From Octopus sinensis (Eukaryota): DNA of 64,000 nt. Under the pieces are notes generated by a model that searched no databases, was not told where the DNA came from, and saw nothing but the letters and a program-made list of their open reading frames with translations. The first letter of the stretch is position 1, and every line of letters starts with the position of its first letter. Shown here in pieces: positions 38,850 to 52,459 of the stretch. The position numbers and the translations under genes are program-made. The stretch spans positions 16,244,001 through 16,308,000 of the forward strand of contig NC_043020.1 of assembly GCF_006345805.1 (NCBI RefSeq). The letters are read 5' to 3'.

Positions 38850-40107
38850 TCAGGCTAAGTAAAAAGTAAACAACGTTTTTGTAACATGAAATCACAATAT
38901 ATTTCAACAATGTGGAAATTTTATTCATCAAAGTAAATACCATTATAATCAATACATTTTTGCTAACGAGTTACAAGTTTGTTTATTCTGGTAACATAAA
39001 AACCTGGAATTCTGAAGCTGATGAACTCTTTGAATGCACTTTCAGTATTGGTTTGATTTTTGAACTCCTCTCTTTCAGGAAAGCATCAAGGTGCTTGGAA
39101 AAGCGGTAGTCGGTTGCAGTAAGGTCTGGGGAATGAGTTGGGTGGGGAAGAACTCCATAGCCAAGTTCCCTCAACTTCTGGAGTGTCATTAGTGAAATGT
39201 GTGGTTGAGCATTGTCATGAAGAATGATTTGCCCTCTTTTGTTGACTAGTTTGGGATGGAGGAGTAGCAGTTTTTTGTTTTTGGAATTTCATGACAATAT
39301 GTTTCTGCAGTAATGGTTTTTCTGGGTTTTAAGAGGTTATAGTGGATGAGTCCAGCAGTACACCACCAAACAGTCACCATAAACCTTCTTTATGAAGATC
39401 TCAGGCTTAGGGATGGTTTTCAATGCTTCATTTTGGTCCAACCACTGTGAAGAACGTTTTTTATTATTGTACAGAATTCCTTTTTTACCGCAAGTTACAA
39501 TACGGTTGAGAAATGGATCAGTCAGGTTATGGAGAGGAAGTGAAAGGTAAATTTCATATCTGCATTTTCTGATTTTCCTTCAAATCATGTGGTACCCATC
39601 TGTAAAGCTTTTTTGGATTTCCAGTTGCATGCAGTTTTCTGGCTAACTTGAAGCTCTTTTGCCAGGTCTCAAGTGATTTTGCAAAGATCTTTCTCAATGA
39701 TGGTCTTTAATTTACCATCATCAATGACCAATGGGCATCCACTATGCTCACAGTCTTTAACGCTCAGGTCTCCACTTCGAAATTGTAGAAACCATTTTCA
39801 AGCTGACCACTGGTCATTTCCTCACCAAATGTTTCATTGATATTGCATGTAGTTTCAGCTGCTTTACGTCCTTTTTTGAAGTTGAAATGTAAAATTGCTC
39901 GAACATTGCGCTTTGAGAGTTCCATTTCAAATGATTGTAACAACAGTGAGAAAAATATCAATATTAATTTATTGATGCATTTGGGCAAGTATATGTTTGT
40001 ATTATCACACAGGTTAAAAAAATATTAAAATAAAAAAATTCAAAACTGCAAAAATCCAGTATAAATTCTTCATGGTTCAAAACATTGTTTACTTTTTACT
40101 CAACCTG

Positions 40108-40108
<1 letters not shown>
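38850..40108 (-). mobile_element. Full-length decayed mariner transposon (Hsmar1/cecropia-like)
   Basis: TIRs TCAGGYTRAGTAAAAAGTAAACAA with TA TSD; MELSKRNVRAILHFNFKKG..., LLHDNAQPH, HPTHSPDLTATDY; multiple frameshifts. Confidence 0.92.
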
Positions 40109-40142
<34 letters not shown>

Positions 40143-40445
40143 AGCAATTGCAGTGTGGAAGGTGTTTATAAGCCATTTAAGAAACAGACAAAATCTGTTA
40201 GACTCACTTCAACATTTAAATTTAATTTGTCAAAATATTTTCTGAGCAGCACGGAGTTTTATCAGTGAACAGGTCGCAGTCTCAAAGTGCCGAAAATATT
40301 TTGACAAATTAAATTTAAATGTTGAAGTAAGTCTAACAGATTTTGTGTGTTTCTTAAATGGCTTATAAACACCCTCTACGTTGCAATTATTTTCGTTCCA
40401 GCACACAATCTCAGATGAAGTCACTTGCTCTGCAAGTACATCTCC
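40143..40445. repeat. Fold-back element, same family as 23816
   Basis: Same arms with a shorter centre, plus the same 3' extension TTCCAGCACACAATCTCAGAT. Confidence 0.9.
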
Positions 40446-40670
40446 GTAATATATATATGTATTCTTTTTTTATATTCTTTTATTCTTTTACTTGTTTTAG
40501 TCATTTGACTGGCCATGCTGAAGCACTGCCTTTAGTTGAACAAATCAACCCCAAGACTTTTTTTTTGTATGCCTAGTACTTATTCTGTTGGTCTCTTTTG
40601 CTGAACCACTAAATTATGGGGACATAAACACACCAGCATTGGTTGTTAAGTGACAAACACAGACACACAA

Positions 40671-40761
<91 letters not shown>

Positions 40762-41359
40762 CATACATATATATGACAGTCTTCTTAATTTTGTGTATTA
40801 ACTCTGTTTGATTTTCAAAGTATAGTGAGTCTTAGTTCATCTTTGTTCTCTGCCATTTCTTCTTTATTTCCAAGAGGAAAGATTTGATTATTGCTTCAAA
40901 GAAATTCCTCCTCCTCACATGTTTTCATTGCATAATGCTAAGATTTATCTATGAGTGATTTTGTCTCTCGTTTTCCTTGTATTTTTCATCAGTAATTATT
41001 TCTTCTCCATCATATGATAATAAGGTACTACACGCTGGTACACTTAGAAAATGAAGTTTTTGCTCATCTATCTAAACACAGTAGAGCCTAGAGATATTGT
41101 TTTTGTTATCCCTACAGATTTGGCTGGTGGTGCTTGAAGAAATGGGGTTATGTTATTTTTGCTGTTGCTATTTATATTCATTATTCTAATTTACATTTTT
41201 GCCTTAGCCACCAGACAGAGTATGTCACCTGCCCTATCTTGTTAAAGGTGAGCGTGACAAGGCAGTCCTTATGATTGACTCAGCTAATAGCTGAACTTGT
41301 CCTACATGTGACAACAGCTGTTCAACATGATTGAGCCTGTTGCTTAGCTCTTTGGCACT

Positions 41360-41548
41360 CAGATTAGTTCATTAAATATAATGCTTATTTATTCACACTG
41401 TGTTGAATTATTCATGCATTATCTTGTAACTTTGAGATTTAGAATGGTATTGTAGGACAGGTGCAAAAGGCCAGATCTGACCAGTTTGGACATAAAACAT
41501 GTAGAATATTTGGGCCAGATTTAGACATTTTAAATGCTAGATGGTTAA
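41360..41548. mobile_element. Degraded piggyBac-like MITE
   Basis: Reverse similarity to 58150-58369; ends GGTTAA. Confidence 0.55.
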
Positions 41549-42166
41549 TCACATACACAATACTGGATACCCTGCCTGTCATAAAACCAACATTTCTCCA
41601 ATTCATTGACAAGAGATTTATGAAATTTCACTCTTGCGAACAGATTGAAAGTCTTTCCACTTTCTAAGAACCAGGGTTATGTTGCTCTTTTCTTTGCCTT
41701 TTCTTCTATGAAATCATCAGGCAGAGAAGCTGAATTTTTTGTATCATAGCTTTCTTGCAATTTTTATTTTCCAGGAAAACATTTCATATTCAAAACTTCT
41801 TGGCTCAAGACACCATAAAGGTGTTTTTGTTTTGTTGTTTGCATTGTGAAAATACTTTTCCTTTCTTTTTTTTTGTTTTTGGCTATCATCAGCATCTGTG
41901 TTTACATTACAAGTGTGTTTGTATATGTTCTGTATATTTTTCTAATGTTTGTGTTTGTCTTTGTAATTGCATCTGTTTGTTTAAATGCCATAATTTTACA
42001 TATATATGTGTGTGTGTGTGTTTTAGAGAACATTATGAAAGTATGTGTGTTTGTCATTTTTTACAGGCCTCTGTTTTTGTTTTCACAATTTTCAACAATT
42101 TCTTTAAAAAATATTTGGTACTGTGATCTGTGCTGCTTCTTTTCTTTTGATATTACCTCCTCTTAC

Positions 42167-42223
42167 CGTGGCTACAGATGAAGAAGAATTCATCTTTAAG
42201 AATTTGTGAATAAACAAATATTC
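42167..42223 (-). other. Candidate 57-bp internal exon
   Basis: TTTTAAG| ... CACG|GTAAGA; open as (G)IFVYSQILKDEFFFICSH or EYLFIHKFLKMNSSSSVAT. Confidence 0.25.
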
Positions 42224-42431
42224 CTTAAAATTAGATAAATGTTTAAAAGACAAAACTTTTTGTCTACCCCAAGGGAACTGGATACTCTTTGTACTTTCAT
42301 AAGGTTGCCTGCTTGAGCATAATCTGCAAAAGGAACTTTCATTCGGTAAACATGAAAAAATCCATTTCCATTAATGGAAGACAAAGTGTGTCTATAATAA
42401 TAATAATAATGATAAAATAATGATAATAAAT

Positions 42432-42682
42432 AAATGCGCCCTTTTAAAGCCTAGCGAGGCTCATGCGCCCGGTTTCCCGGTTTCAATGGCATATGTGTTC
42501 CCCAGCTGGATGGGATGCCAGTCCATCGTAGCATTACTCATTTTTGCCTGCTGGGTGGACTGCAGCAATGTGAAATGATGTGTTTTGCTCAAGAACACAA
42601 CGTGTTACCCAGTCCAGGAATCGAAACCACAATCTTACGATCATGATGCTGACACCCTAACCACTAAGCCATGCACCTCCAC
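42432..42682 (-). mobile_element. tRNA-derived SINE with E-type head and alternative tail, in (TAA)n
   Basis: Head GGAGGTGCATGGCTTAGTGGTTAGGG...GGTTTCGATTCC; tail GAAACCGGGAAACCGGGC. Confidence 0.82.
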
Positions 42683-42985
42683 AATAATAATAATAATAAT
42701 AATAATAACAATAATAATAATAATAATAATAATAAACTCAGAAATGCAGACTCAGGGGGGCATCAGAGCTATGTAAGAGAAATTTTGGGAGTTTGAATAA
42801 TTCATCCCAGGAAATGTGGTTCATTCATCATCCTTAATCCTTAACTGGTACCATGGGGTCAAAATGATTCCAGCCTTATTTAAAATGCTAGATGATCTAA
42901 AACAACAGGTTTTATGATTCAACATTTCATCTAATTTTTTTTTTATTATTATCAATTATTTACACTCTTGCAAATTTACCCCTTA

Positions 42986-43017
<32 letters not shown>

Positions 43018-43571
43018 GAGTGAGCGAGCAGAGCATGCCATCAAAGTGACACTGGGGTAAAATATACGAAGCCCAGTATACCCATCATGACTACCTGTCT
43101 GATAAGGGTACACCAGGCACATGCATCACAACCATATGTGCGCGACATGGTGATCTCATATCAAGATAAACAGCACATGACCTTGCAGGTGGAGCCCAGT
43201 TAGAATTTTCTTCAGATCGAGTAACCCATCCCACTCAAAAGGTCCCTGAATAAGGTTTATTTAAGGACGTTGAACGAAACACCCATGTTTCCAGAGGTGA
43301 ATTATTCAAACCCCAAAGAATCCTTCTCAACACATGGCTATGATGCTCCCCCACTACTTCTGCTCGTGATCAGAGATGCACATATCGTCAGCCACTAAGG
43401 GACATGCTCAACTGGTTAAGGTCAAACAACTGACAAGCAAATCTGTGGTATTGAGCAGAATATTTGCTGTAGCCCATCTTTTATACCAAGACAAAACAAT
43501 GTACATGATAACACTTCCAATCAGTTAAGATCAGAAGCCATGAAAGCCACTGCCTGGTACTGCATCAGGGC

Positions 43572-43573
<2 letters not shown>
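43018..43573. mobile_element. ~555 bp non-coding element embedded in (TTA)n; partial inverted copy at 43865-43988
   Basis: (TTA)n on both sides; GATAAGGGTACACCAGGCACATGCATCACAACCAT mirrored at about 43868. Confidence 0.7.
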
Positions 43574-43635
<62 letters not shown>

Positions 43636-44056
43636 TTAAAAATTATTTAGTGTATTTCGACCGTTGCTACATTCTGTGTTCAGATACTGCCAAGGTCGAC
43701 TTTACCATTCATCCTTTTGGGGTCAATTATATTAAGTGCCAGTAAAATACTGGGGTCGATGTAACTGACTCATCCCTTCCACTAAAATTGCTGCTCTTGT
43801 GGCAAAATTTAAAACCAGAATTGTTAGCACACTAGGAAAAATGCTTAATGCTCTTTCGTTCAACTTTATGGTTGTGATGCATGTGCCTAGCGTACCCTTA
43901 TCAGACAAGTAGTCATGTTGTGTATATTGGGCTTCATATATTTGTACCCCAACTTCACTTTTATAGTCTGTGCTACTCAATCACTCAATATTAATGATGA
44001 TGATGATAATGATGATGATGATGATGAAGATGATGATAATAATAATATTGATAATA

Positions 44057-44091
<35 letters not shown>

Positions 44092-44377
44092 TAATAATAA
44101 TATTAATAATAATATTAATAATAATATTAATGATAATATTAATAATAATAATAATAATAATATAATAATAATAATAATAGCAAAAAAAGGAACAGTGCCA
44201 TTGTTATCAAGCAAACCATATTTTGGCATCAAGTATGTCTTCCACAGGTTTAAAAAATAAGCTTGTCAATCTACTTTATTTTTCGTAATATTTTATAAAT
44301 TTCTAAAGCGGAACATCCAGTGATCCCATTGCCCAACTGGCAGAGGGCTGTGAGTGCCTGATGATATTCGAGGTGTC

Positions 44378-44480
<103 letters not shown>

Positions 44481-44605
44481 TGTAATGATAATTTCTTACA
44501 TTATATAATGATAATTTCTTACATTATATAATGATATAAATATAATGTATTCAATTAAAATAGAGAAGTAGTGCCTCATCAACAATTAACATTTGAAACC
44601 AAATA

Positions 44606-45073
44606 TACAGGTGCAGGTGTGGCTGTGTGGTAAGAAGCATGCTTCCCAACCATATGGTTCCAGGTTCAATCCCACTACATGTTATCTTTGGTAAGTGTCT
44701 TCTACTATAGCCTTGGGCCAACCAAAGCCTTGTGAGTGGATTTGGTAGACAGAAACCAAAAGAAGCTCATCGTGTATATATATGTATGTATGTATGCATG
44801 TATGTATGTATGTATGTATGCATGTATGTATGTATGTATGCATGTATGCATGCATGTATGTATGTATGTATCTTTGTGTTTGTCCCCCCCCACCACCACT
44901 TGACAACTCTAGTGTGTTTGTGTCCCCAAAACTTAGTGGTTCGGCAAAAGAGACCAATAGAATAAGTACTAGGCTTACAAAGAATAAGTCCTGGGGTTGA
45001 TTTCTGTGACTAAAGGCGGTGCCCCAGCATGGCCGCAGTCAAATGACTGAAACAAGTAAAAGAGTAAAAGAGC
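44606..45073 (+). mobile_element. SINE family A
   Basis: Family consensus; internal tract is (TATG)n. Confidence 0.9.
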
Positions 45074-45439
45074 ATATGGGTAAATTTTGAAATTATGTAA
45101 TATTGGAGTAGAACTAAGAATGAAGAATTTATTTCAACACCTTCACACGACTAAACGTTGTGTTGACAAACTCACTGACTTCTTGGAGAAAACTCATCAT
45201 TCAGCAGATTCCTCAACAGAACTTTCTGTTGCTATTATTTAAATATTGATATTGTCACAGTCTGTGTTTCAGATGTTTTGCTTGTTGTTGTTGTTGTTGT
45301 TGTTGCTGTTGCTGTTCTTAGTAGTAGTTGTTAGGGTGGTGGTGCTGGTGTTCATATCGTCAGCATTGTAGAAATACAGAAGAGTATAAAACAACAGTTG
45401 CATATGTTAGGTGAGGTGTTTATGTCTATAGCTGTCTTT

Positions 45440-45477
<38 letters not shown>

Positions 45478-45686
45478 GTGTGTGTGCGCAAAATAATTCA
45501 TGCATATTTGCATGTGAGTAGGTGCATTCAGCATGCGTATACTAGTGTGAAAAAGAAACTGTTTATACAAGAGAGAGAGAATGTGTGTGTGTGTGTGTAT
45601 GGGCATGTCTAAATACATATACACAGAAGCACACACACACATACATATTCATATATACATATATGTATGTGTATATATATATATAA

Positions 45687-45725
<39 letters not shown>

Positions 45726-45924
45726 TGCGCATATGTGTATCTCTATTTATGTTTATACCTCTATCTTTATCTCTCTCTCTGAATATAGGTGTATATAGGT
45801 GTGTGTGTATGTGTGTGTGTATGTGTGTGTCTGTGCGTGTGTGCACAACAGAGAATTCTATGAGATTTATGAGAAAGCTTAATCTGTTTAAATCTTTGTA
45901 GAGCTAAAGATTGTTGGAGAACTA

Positions 45925-45974
<50 letters not shown>

Positions 45975-45975
45975 C

Positions 45976-46011
<36 letters not shown>

Positions 46012-46198
46012 GCATATATACACACATGCAAGTATATAATGAATATATGCACACACACATGCACACACATACATATGCAAATATATATATATATACATGC
46101 ATATATGCGCACATATACATATATAATCACACACAGATTTCTCCCTCTCTCTTTCTCTCTCTCTCTCTCTTTCTCTTTCTCTCTCTCTCTTTCTCTCC

Positions 46199-46232
<34 letters not shown>

Positions 46233-46463
46233 ATATATATATGTGTGTGTATATATATGAATTTATATATGAGAAAGAGAGGCAGTGAGAGAGTGTGTGG
46301 GGGACAGGAGTCAATATTTGACTCTATCGAAGAATATTTGGCTGCTAGAAATATTTGTCTTGTAGAGAGAATAACAAAAAACCATATGCAGATATATATA
46401 TACATGCACACACACACACGTGTGTGTGTATTTGTGCATATGTGAGTGCATCTATATATATGG

Positions 46464-46502
<39 letters not shown>

Positions 46503-47576
46503 CACACACACACACACACAGATATACATACATATTTATATATACATATATACAAATATATATATATTTACATACAAATATACACACACACACATGCATA
46601 TATATTTATATATATATATAAACATATCTATATATACATATGTACATATACTTTAGTACATTATGTATGTAGATATATATATGTTTATATGTATAATATA
46701 TATACTCACACACACACACATACACACACACACACACACACATACACACACACAAATGCACACACACACAAATGCACGCACATATATATGTACAAAAAAC
46801 CTCGACCAGCCTCCCAAACTGTTTCACCAACCCACAACAACACACATTTACTGCAAAAAAAATAACTAAAACAAAAACAAACAAACAAACAAAAAAAAAA
46901 CTATTGAGGTACGAATTTCTAAAAAGAGAACCAGGAATATCTATGGAAACCAAGATAATATGATTGTTACTGAGTGTCAGCTTCATAAGAATAAGAAGTA
47001 AACAAAACAAAAAGAAAAAAAAAAAAACAATCCCAAAACAACAAAAAAAAAAACAACAAAAAGACATACATCTTTTTTGGTTCAAACTAGAGTTTACTTA
47101 GAATTGTTCTTACAAGAAATTCCATAAAAGCTGAATGTCAGTCTCCATAATGTCATTGATATTGAATAGATTGGTAGTGTATAGAACATGCTAGTCCTTT
47201 AGTTAAAATTATATCTAGAGTTTTTGTAAGCTATATAAGCCATCGATATGATAAAAAAAAGAGAAATTCTCAGCCATCAAACAAAAAAATAATTATATTA
47301 TTAACTGTATTTTTTGTGGGGTCTCTTTTGTTAATTTTAAATTTTATTTTCTCATTTGATTATTAGTGTGTTTTTTTTTAGAATTTTTGTATGTTTAGTT
47401 TTTTACTTTTGTATTTTTTTCACAATATCATATGAAAGATAATGAAATTTGAGAATAAAAAGGTGTTTCCAGGAAAGGAAATGTGTTAATATGAAAAAAA
47501 TGTACCCCTTTTTAAAAAAAAAAAAAACTTGGAAGAGCAGGAAAGTTTTTTCTTAAATAAAAAATATGTATGTATG

Positions 47577-47610
<34 letters not shown>

Positions 47611-48030
47611 TGTATGTATGTATGTATGTATGTATGTATGTATGTATGTATGTATGTATGTATCTATGTATGTATCTATGTATGTATGTACCTATCTATC
47701 TATCTATCTATCTATCTATTTATCTATCTATCTTTCTGTTTGTGTATGTGTGTGTGTGTTTGTGTATCTGCATATACATATCCAGCTCTATGCATGAAAA
47801 TACACACATAAAACAACCATACAAATCTACACACACATATATATATATATATACATGCAAGGATACACACAAAAAATAGCCTGTTGATGTTGTTGAAATT
47901 CCAATGAAGGAGCCTTGGATCTAGGTTAGAAACCAGCTCTTTCTCAATTGGTATGAGATCTTGAAATAAAACTAAATAACAACATACCTACATACATACA
48001 TACATATATACATACATACATACATATATG

Positions 48031-48066
<36 letters not shown>

Positions 48067-48164
48067 CATACACATGTACATACATACATACATACATACA
48101 TACATGCATACATACATACATACATACATACATACATACATACATTCATACATACACACATATT

Positions 48165-48420
48165 CTATTTAGATTACAAGTTCATGTTTATATCTGTAAT
48201 TATTGGGGTGCTGGGATATGTAACACACTGCCTAAATACCAATCTTGAGAAATTAGGCTTCTCAAAAACAGAAAGGAGAAAGCTGGGTTGAAGACCACAG
48301 GGCCAATCCATCATTGGAACTGTAAAAATCTGTAAAACTTTCCAGAAATTTATCATTTAAGCATATATGAGCATGTCTAGATATGCAAATGTATGCATGA
48401 AGACACATAAAGCAAAACAT
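48165..48420 (+). mobile_element. R4/Dong-like 3' fragment, second copy
   Basis: DYKFMFISVIIGVLGYVTHCLNTNLEKLGFSK; (TACA)n on both sides. Confidence 0.82.
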
Positions 48421-48853
48421 ACATACATATATACATACATGCATGCATGCATGCATACATGCATACATACATATATACATATATACATACATACATACAT
48501 ACATACATACATACATACATACATACATACATACATACATACATACAAACATACATATATACATACATACAGTAAAAATATACAAGACTTTTCTCAAGTT
48601 CCAAATGTGAATTTGTCTGTGTTAACTACATCTCAAAGATGGAGCCTTGTATGTTTGTTGGAAACCGGTTCCGTCCTCAGTGGAAGATTTATAATAATTA
48701 AAAAATAGAAGAGACATAAACACATACATACATACATACATGTGGCCTTGGGTTCATCCCATTGCATGGTACTTTGGGCAAGTGACTTCACTATAGTTCT
48801 GGGCGCTGTGATTGCTCAGCCCAGACCTCTGTGTGTGTGTGTGTGTGTGTATG

Positions 48854-49188
48854 TGAAGGCACATGGCTCAGTGGTTAGAGTCTTGAGCTTATGATCGTGA
48901 GGTTGTGAGTTCGAATCCTGGACCGAGCAGCGTGTTGTGTTCTTCAGCAAGACACTTTATTTCACATTGCTCCAGTTCACTCAGCTGTAGAAATGAGCTG
49001 CGACGTCACAGGTACCAAGCTGTATTGGCCTTTGCCTTTCCTTTGGATAACACTGGTAGCATTGAGAGGGGAGGCTGGTATGCATGGGCAACTGCTGGCC
49101 TTCCATAAACAACCTTGCCCAGACTTGTGCCTTGGAGGGTAACTTTCTAGGTGCAATCCCATGGTCAGTCATGACCAAAAGGGGTCTC
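48854..49188 (+). mobile_element. SINE family E
   Basis: Matches 12287-12623. Confidence 0.88.
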
Positions 49189-49243
49189 AGCATGTATGTA
49201 TGTATGTATGTGTGCACATGTGTATATATATATATATATATAT

Positions 49244-49552
49244 ATCACCGTGATCACCATGACCAACCATGCTATCAGATGTTGCTACACATCGCTGGTC
49301 ACAATGCGCTTCGCGTTGTTTTAGCCTGCAAATGACGCCACCCTCTGGCTGAGCGAGCAGGGCAACAGAAGAAAGAGTGAGAGAAAGTTGTGGCAAAAGA
49401 GTACAGCAGGGGTCACCCCCCCCCTGCAGGAGCCTCGTGGAGCTTTAGGTGTTTTTGCTCAATAAACACTCACAACGCCCGGTCTGGGAATCGAAACCGT
49501 GATCCTACAACCGCGAGTTCACTGCCCTTCCCACTGGGCCATGGCGCCTGCA
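49244..49552 (-). mobile_element. tRNA(Arg)-like SINE with RTE-type tail
   Basis: Head TGGCCCAGTGG..CTCGCGG..GGTTTCGATTCC; tail TGTGACCAGCG...GGTGATCACGGTGATA. Confidence 0.82.
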
Positions 49553-49593
49553 CAAACACACACACACACATATATATATGTATATATACACGC

Positions 49594-49666
<73 letters not shown>

Positions 49667-49782
49667 CAGAATGACAAAGATCAAAAATGAAGTGAGCAAA
49701 TCATTTTACTACTTCAGTATCTGTGGACGTGATTAATATAGTATATACCAGGTTTTTATACCCCAATGAATTTATACACATG

Positions 49783-49814
<32 letters not shown>

Positions 49815-50022
49815 TGTATGTATGTATATATATATATATATATATATACGCGAGAAAGAAGCAACAAGAATGGATAGGTATTTATATATATATATATATA
49901 TATACATACGTATATCTATATATATATATATATATAGCACATATATATATATACACACACAACATATTATTATATACATTTATATATTTTAATATAAACA
50001 TATATATATATACATATATATA

Positions 50023-50060
<38 letters not shown>

Positions 50061-50364
50061 TATACATATACATATAATATATTAATATATATTATATATA
50101 TATATATATGTATGAATGTATTGTATATATATGTGTGTGTATGTAATACTTACATACAAAGATGCACACGCATACACACATACATGGAAAGAAAAAAATA
50201 TGATAAAAAGTATTTATAAAGGAGACTTGATAACAGTGATGAAGACTGAGATAAAGAAATAACATTCAAAACTGGTTGCAGTTAGATTAAGTAAGCTTCC
50301 ACGGTTGCCGTTTGTTGAGAGACATCAAATAGATTAGTATACATTATATTTGATCTCTCTCTCT

Positions 50365-50772
50365 CTTTTACTCTTTTACTTGTTTCAGTCATTTGACTGT
50401 GGCCATGCTGGAGCACTGCCTTTAGTCGAGCGACTCAACCCCGGAACTTATTCTTTTTTTGTAAGCCCAGTACTTATTCTATCAGTTTCTTTTTGCCAAA
50501 CCGCTAAGTGACGGGGACCGTAAACACACCAGCATCGGTTGTCAAGCAATGCTAGGGGGACAAACACAGACACACAAACACACACATGCATATATATATG
50601 TACATATATACGACGGGCTTCTTTCAGTTTCCGTCTACCAAATCCACTCACAAGGCTTTGGTCGGCCCGGGGCTATAGTAGAAGACACTTGCCCAAGATG
50701 CCACGCAGTGGGACTGAACCCGGAACCATGTGGTTGGTAAACAAGCTACTTACCACACAGCCACTCCTGCGT
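50365..50772 (-). mobile_element. SINE family A
   Basis: Full-length reverse copy. Confidence 0.92.
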
Positions 50773-50997
50773 ATATATTATATAGTATATATTATATTCG
50801 ATCTTTTATTTTTATTTTTATTTATATCAATTCACTTACTGTAAGGAAGAGGGACTTAGCAATGTCATATGCATTTCCAAAACCAGCTGCATTGCCTTGT
50901 GTCTTTGATTTTAAGTCAATGTGATTGATGGAAGATTTATGTTGTGGCTGATGCTTTCAGTAAAGTCAGTTGCTACAAGCATTATGCTATGTGTCGT

Positions 50998-51215
50998 AAG
51001 GTGGCAAGCTGATTGAATTGTTAACACACTGGACAAAATGTTTGATGGCATTTTGTTCATCTGTACATTCTGAGTTCAAATTCCACCGAGGTCGACTTTG
51101 CCTCTCAACCTTTCGGGGTTGATGAAATAAGTACCAGTTGAGTACTGGGATTGATGTAATTGACTTACCCTGCCCACAAAACTGCTGGCCTTGTGCCAAA
51201 ATTTGAAACCAACAC
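50998..51215 (+). mobile_element. SINE family B
   Basis: TGAGTTCAAATTCCACCGAGGTCGACTTTGCC...AAGTACCAG. Confidence 0.8.
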
Positions 51216-51884
51216 TGCTTAATTCCAGATCCAACATTTTTAGTAAATACAAGCACATGGATAAATTTCTTTTGCCAAAGTGGGCGATAAAACCCTTTGG
51301 TCTTCTCCTCCTTGCATTATCTTATACCCACTTTTGGTGGACAAAGGGGACACAACACTTGGTTTTCTTTCCTTTCTTTCTTTTTATGTTTTTATTCACC
51401 TTTTGTTTTCTTGTACCACCTTTTACATCCACCTTCTCTTTTTTTCCTCTTGTATTCTCATAGGCAAGCATTCTGTTTTTCAGATAAGACCAGTGTTGTG
51501 TATTCCAACACAAGGCTTGACATATAAATCTCCTAAATTATTATTTTTCCACAGCAGGAAACTATTAGTAACTCATATTTAAGTATTGTGTATATTAAAT
51601 TATACATATATATGTATATGTATAAAAAGCAAATAAGTAACAAGGATGTCTAGGTATTAGTGCATTATATCCATTTCAAGCGGCTCCATTTAATTGATCA
51701 ATGCAAGCATTACATCAATATATCTAACATATATGTACGTATACATATACATATAAATACATATATACATACATATAATATATATATATATTATATATAT
51801 ATATATATAATATATATAATATATATATACATATATATATATATATACACACACATGTATATATCCCCATGGGGTGAGTTGTAA

Positions 51885-52168
51885 TACATATAAGAAATTA
51901 AAGAAGGAAAATGCACACATTTTACATAGTTTTAATATATTTTTTAACATATTTTATATTGTGTTTGTTGACCAGTTTCACTTTCGTTAATCATAACATT
52001 AGAATTATTTTAATTACGTATTTTCTTAAGAAAATACATGATTAAAATAATTTTAATGTCATGATTAGCGAAAGTGAAACCAGTTGATAACCACAATATA
52101 AATTATGCTATAAAGTATATTAAAACTATGTAAAATGTGTACAGTTTCCTTCTTTAATTTCTTATATA
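51885..52168. repeat. Fold-back with a hammerhead-like motif (A3:U8) on each arm
   Basis: Centre CTTAAG at 52025-52030; motifs at 51966-51998 (-) and 52057-52089 (+). Confidence 0.85.
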
Positions 52169-52459
52169 TATATATATATATATATCGTCATCATTGTCAT
52201 CATCATTTTTTCATGATGGTATGGGTTAGACGATTTGACAAGGGCTGGCAAATCAGGGGACTGCCAATTACACTGATCCCAGTGTTCAACTGGTACTTAT
52301 TTTATTGACCCTGAAAGGACAAAAGGCAAAGTTGACATCAACACTATTTGAATTTAGAACATAAAGAAAAACAAAATACCGTTAAGCATTTTTCCCAGCA
52401 TGCTAGCAATTTTGCCAGCTCAATATCTTAATATTATAATGTAATATATTAATATTATT

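Noticed and set aside
45352-46888. Cluster of overlapping ORFs
   Set aside because: Dinucleotide (TA/CA/CT)n low-complexity sequence.
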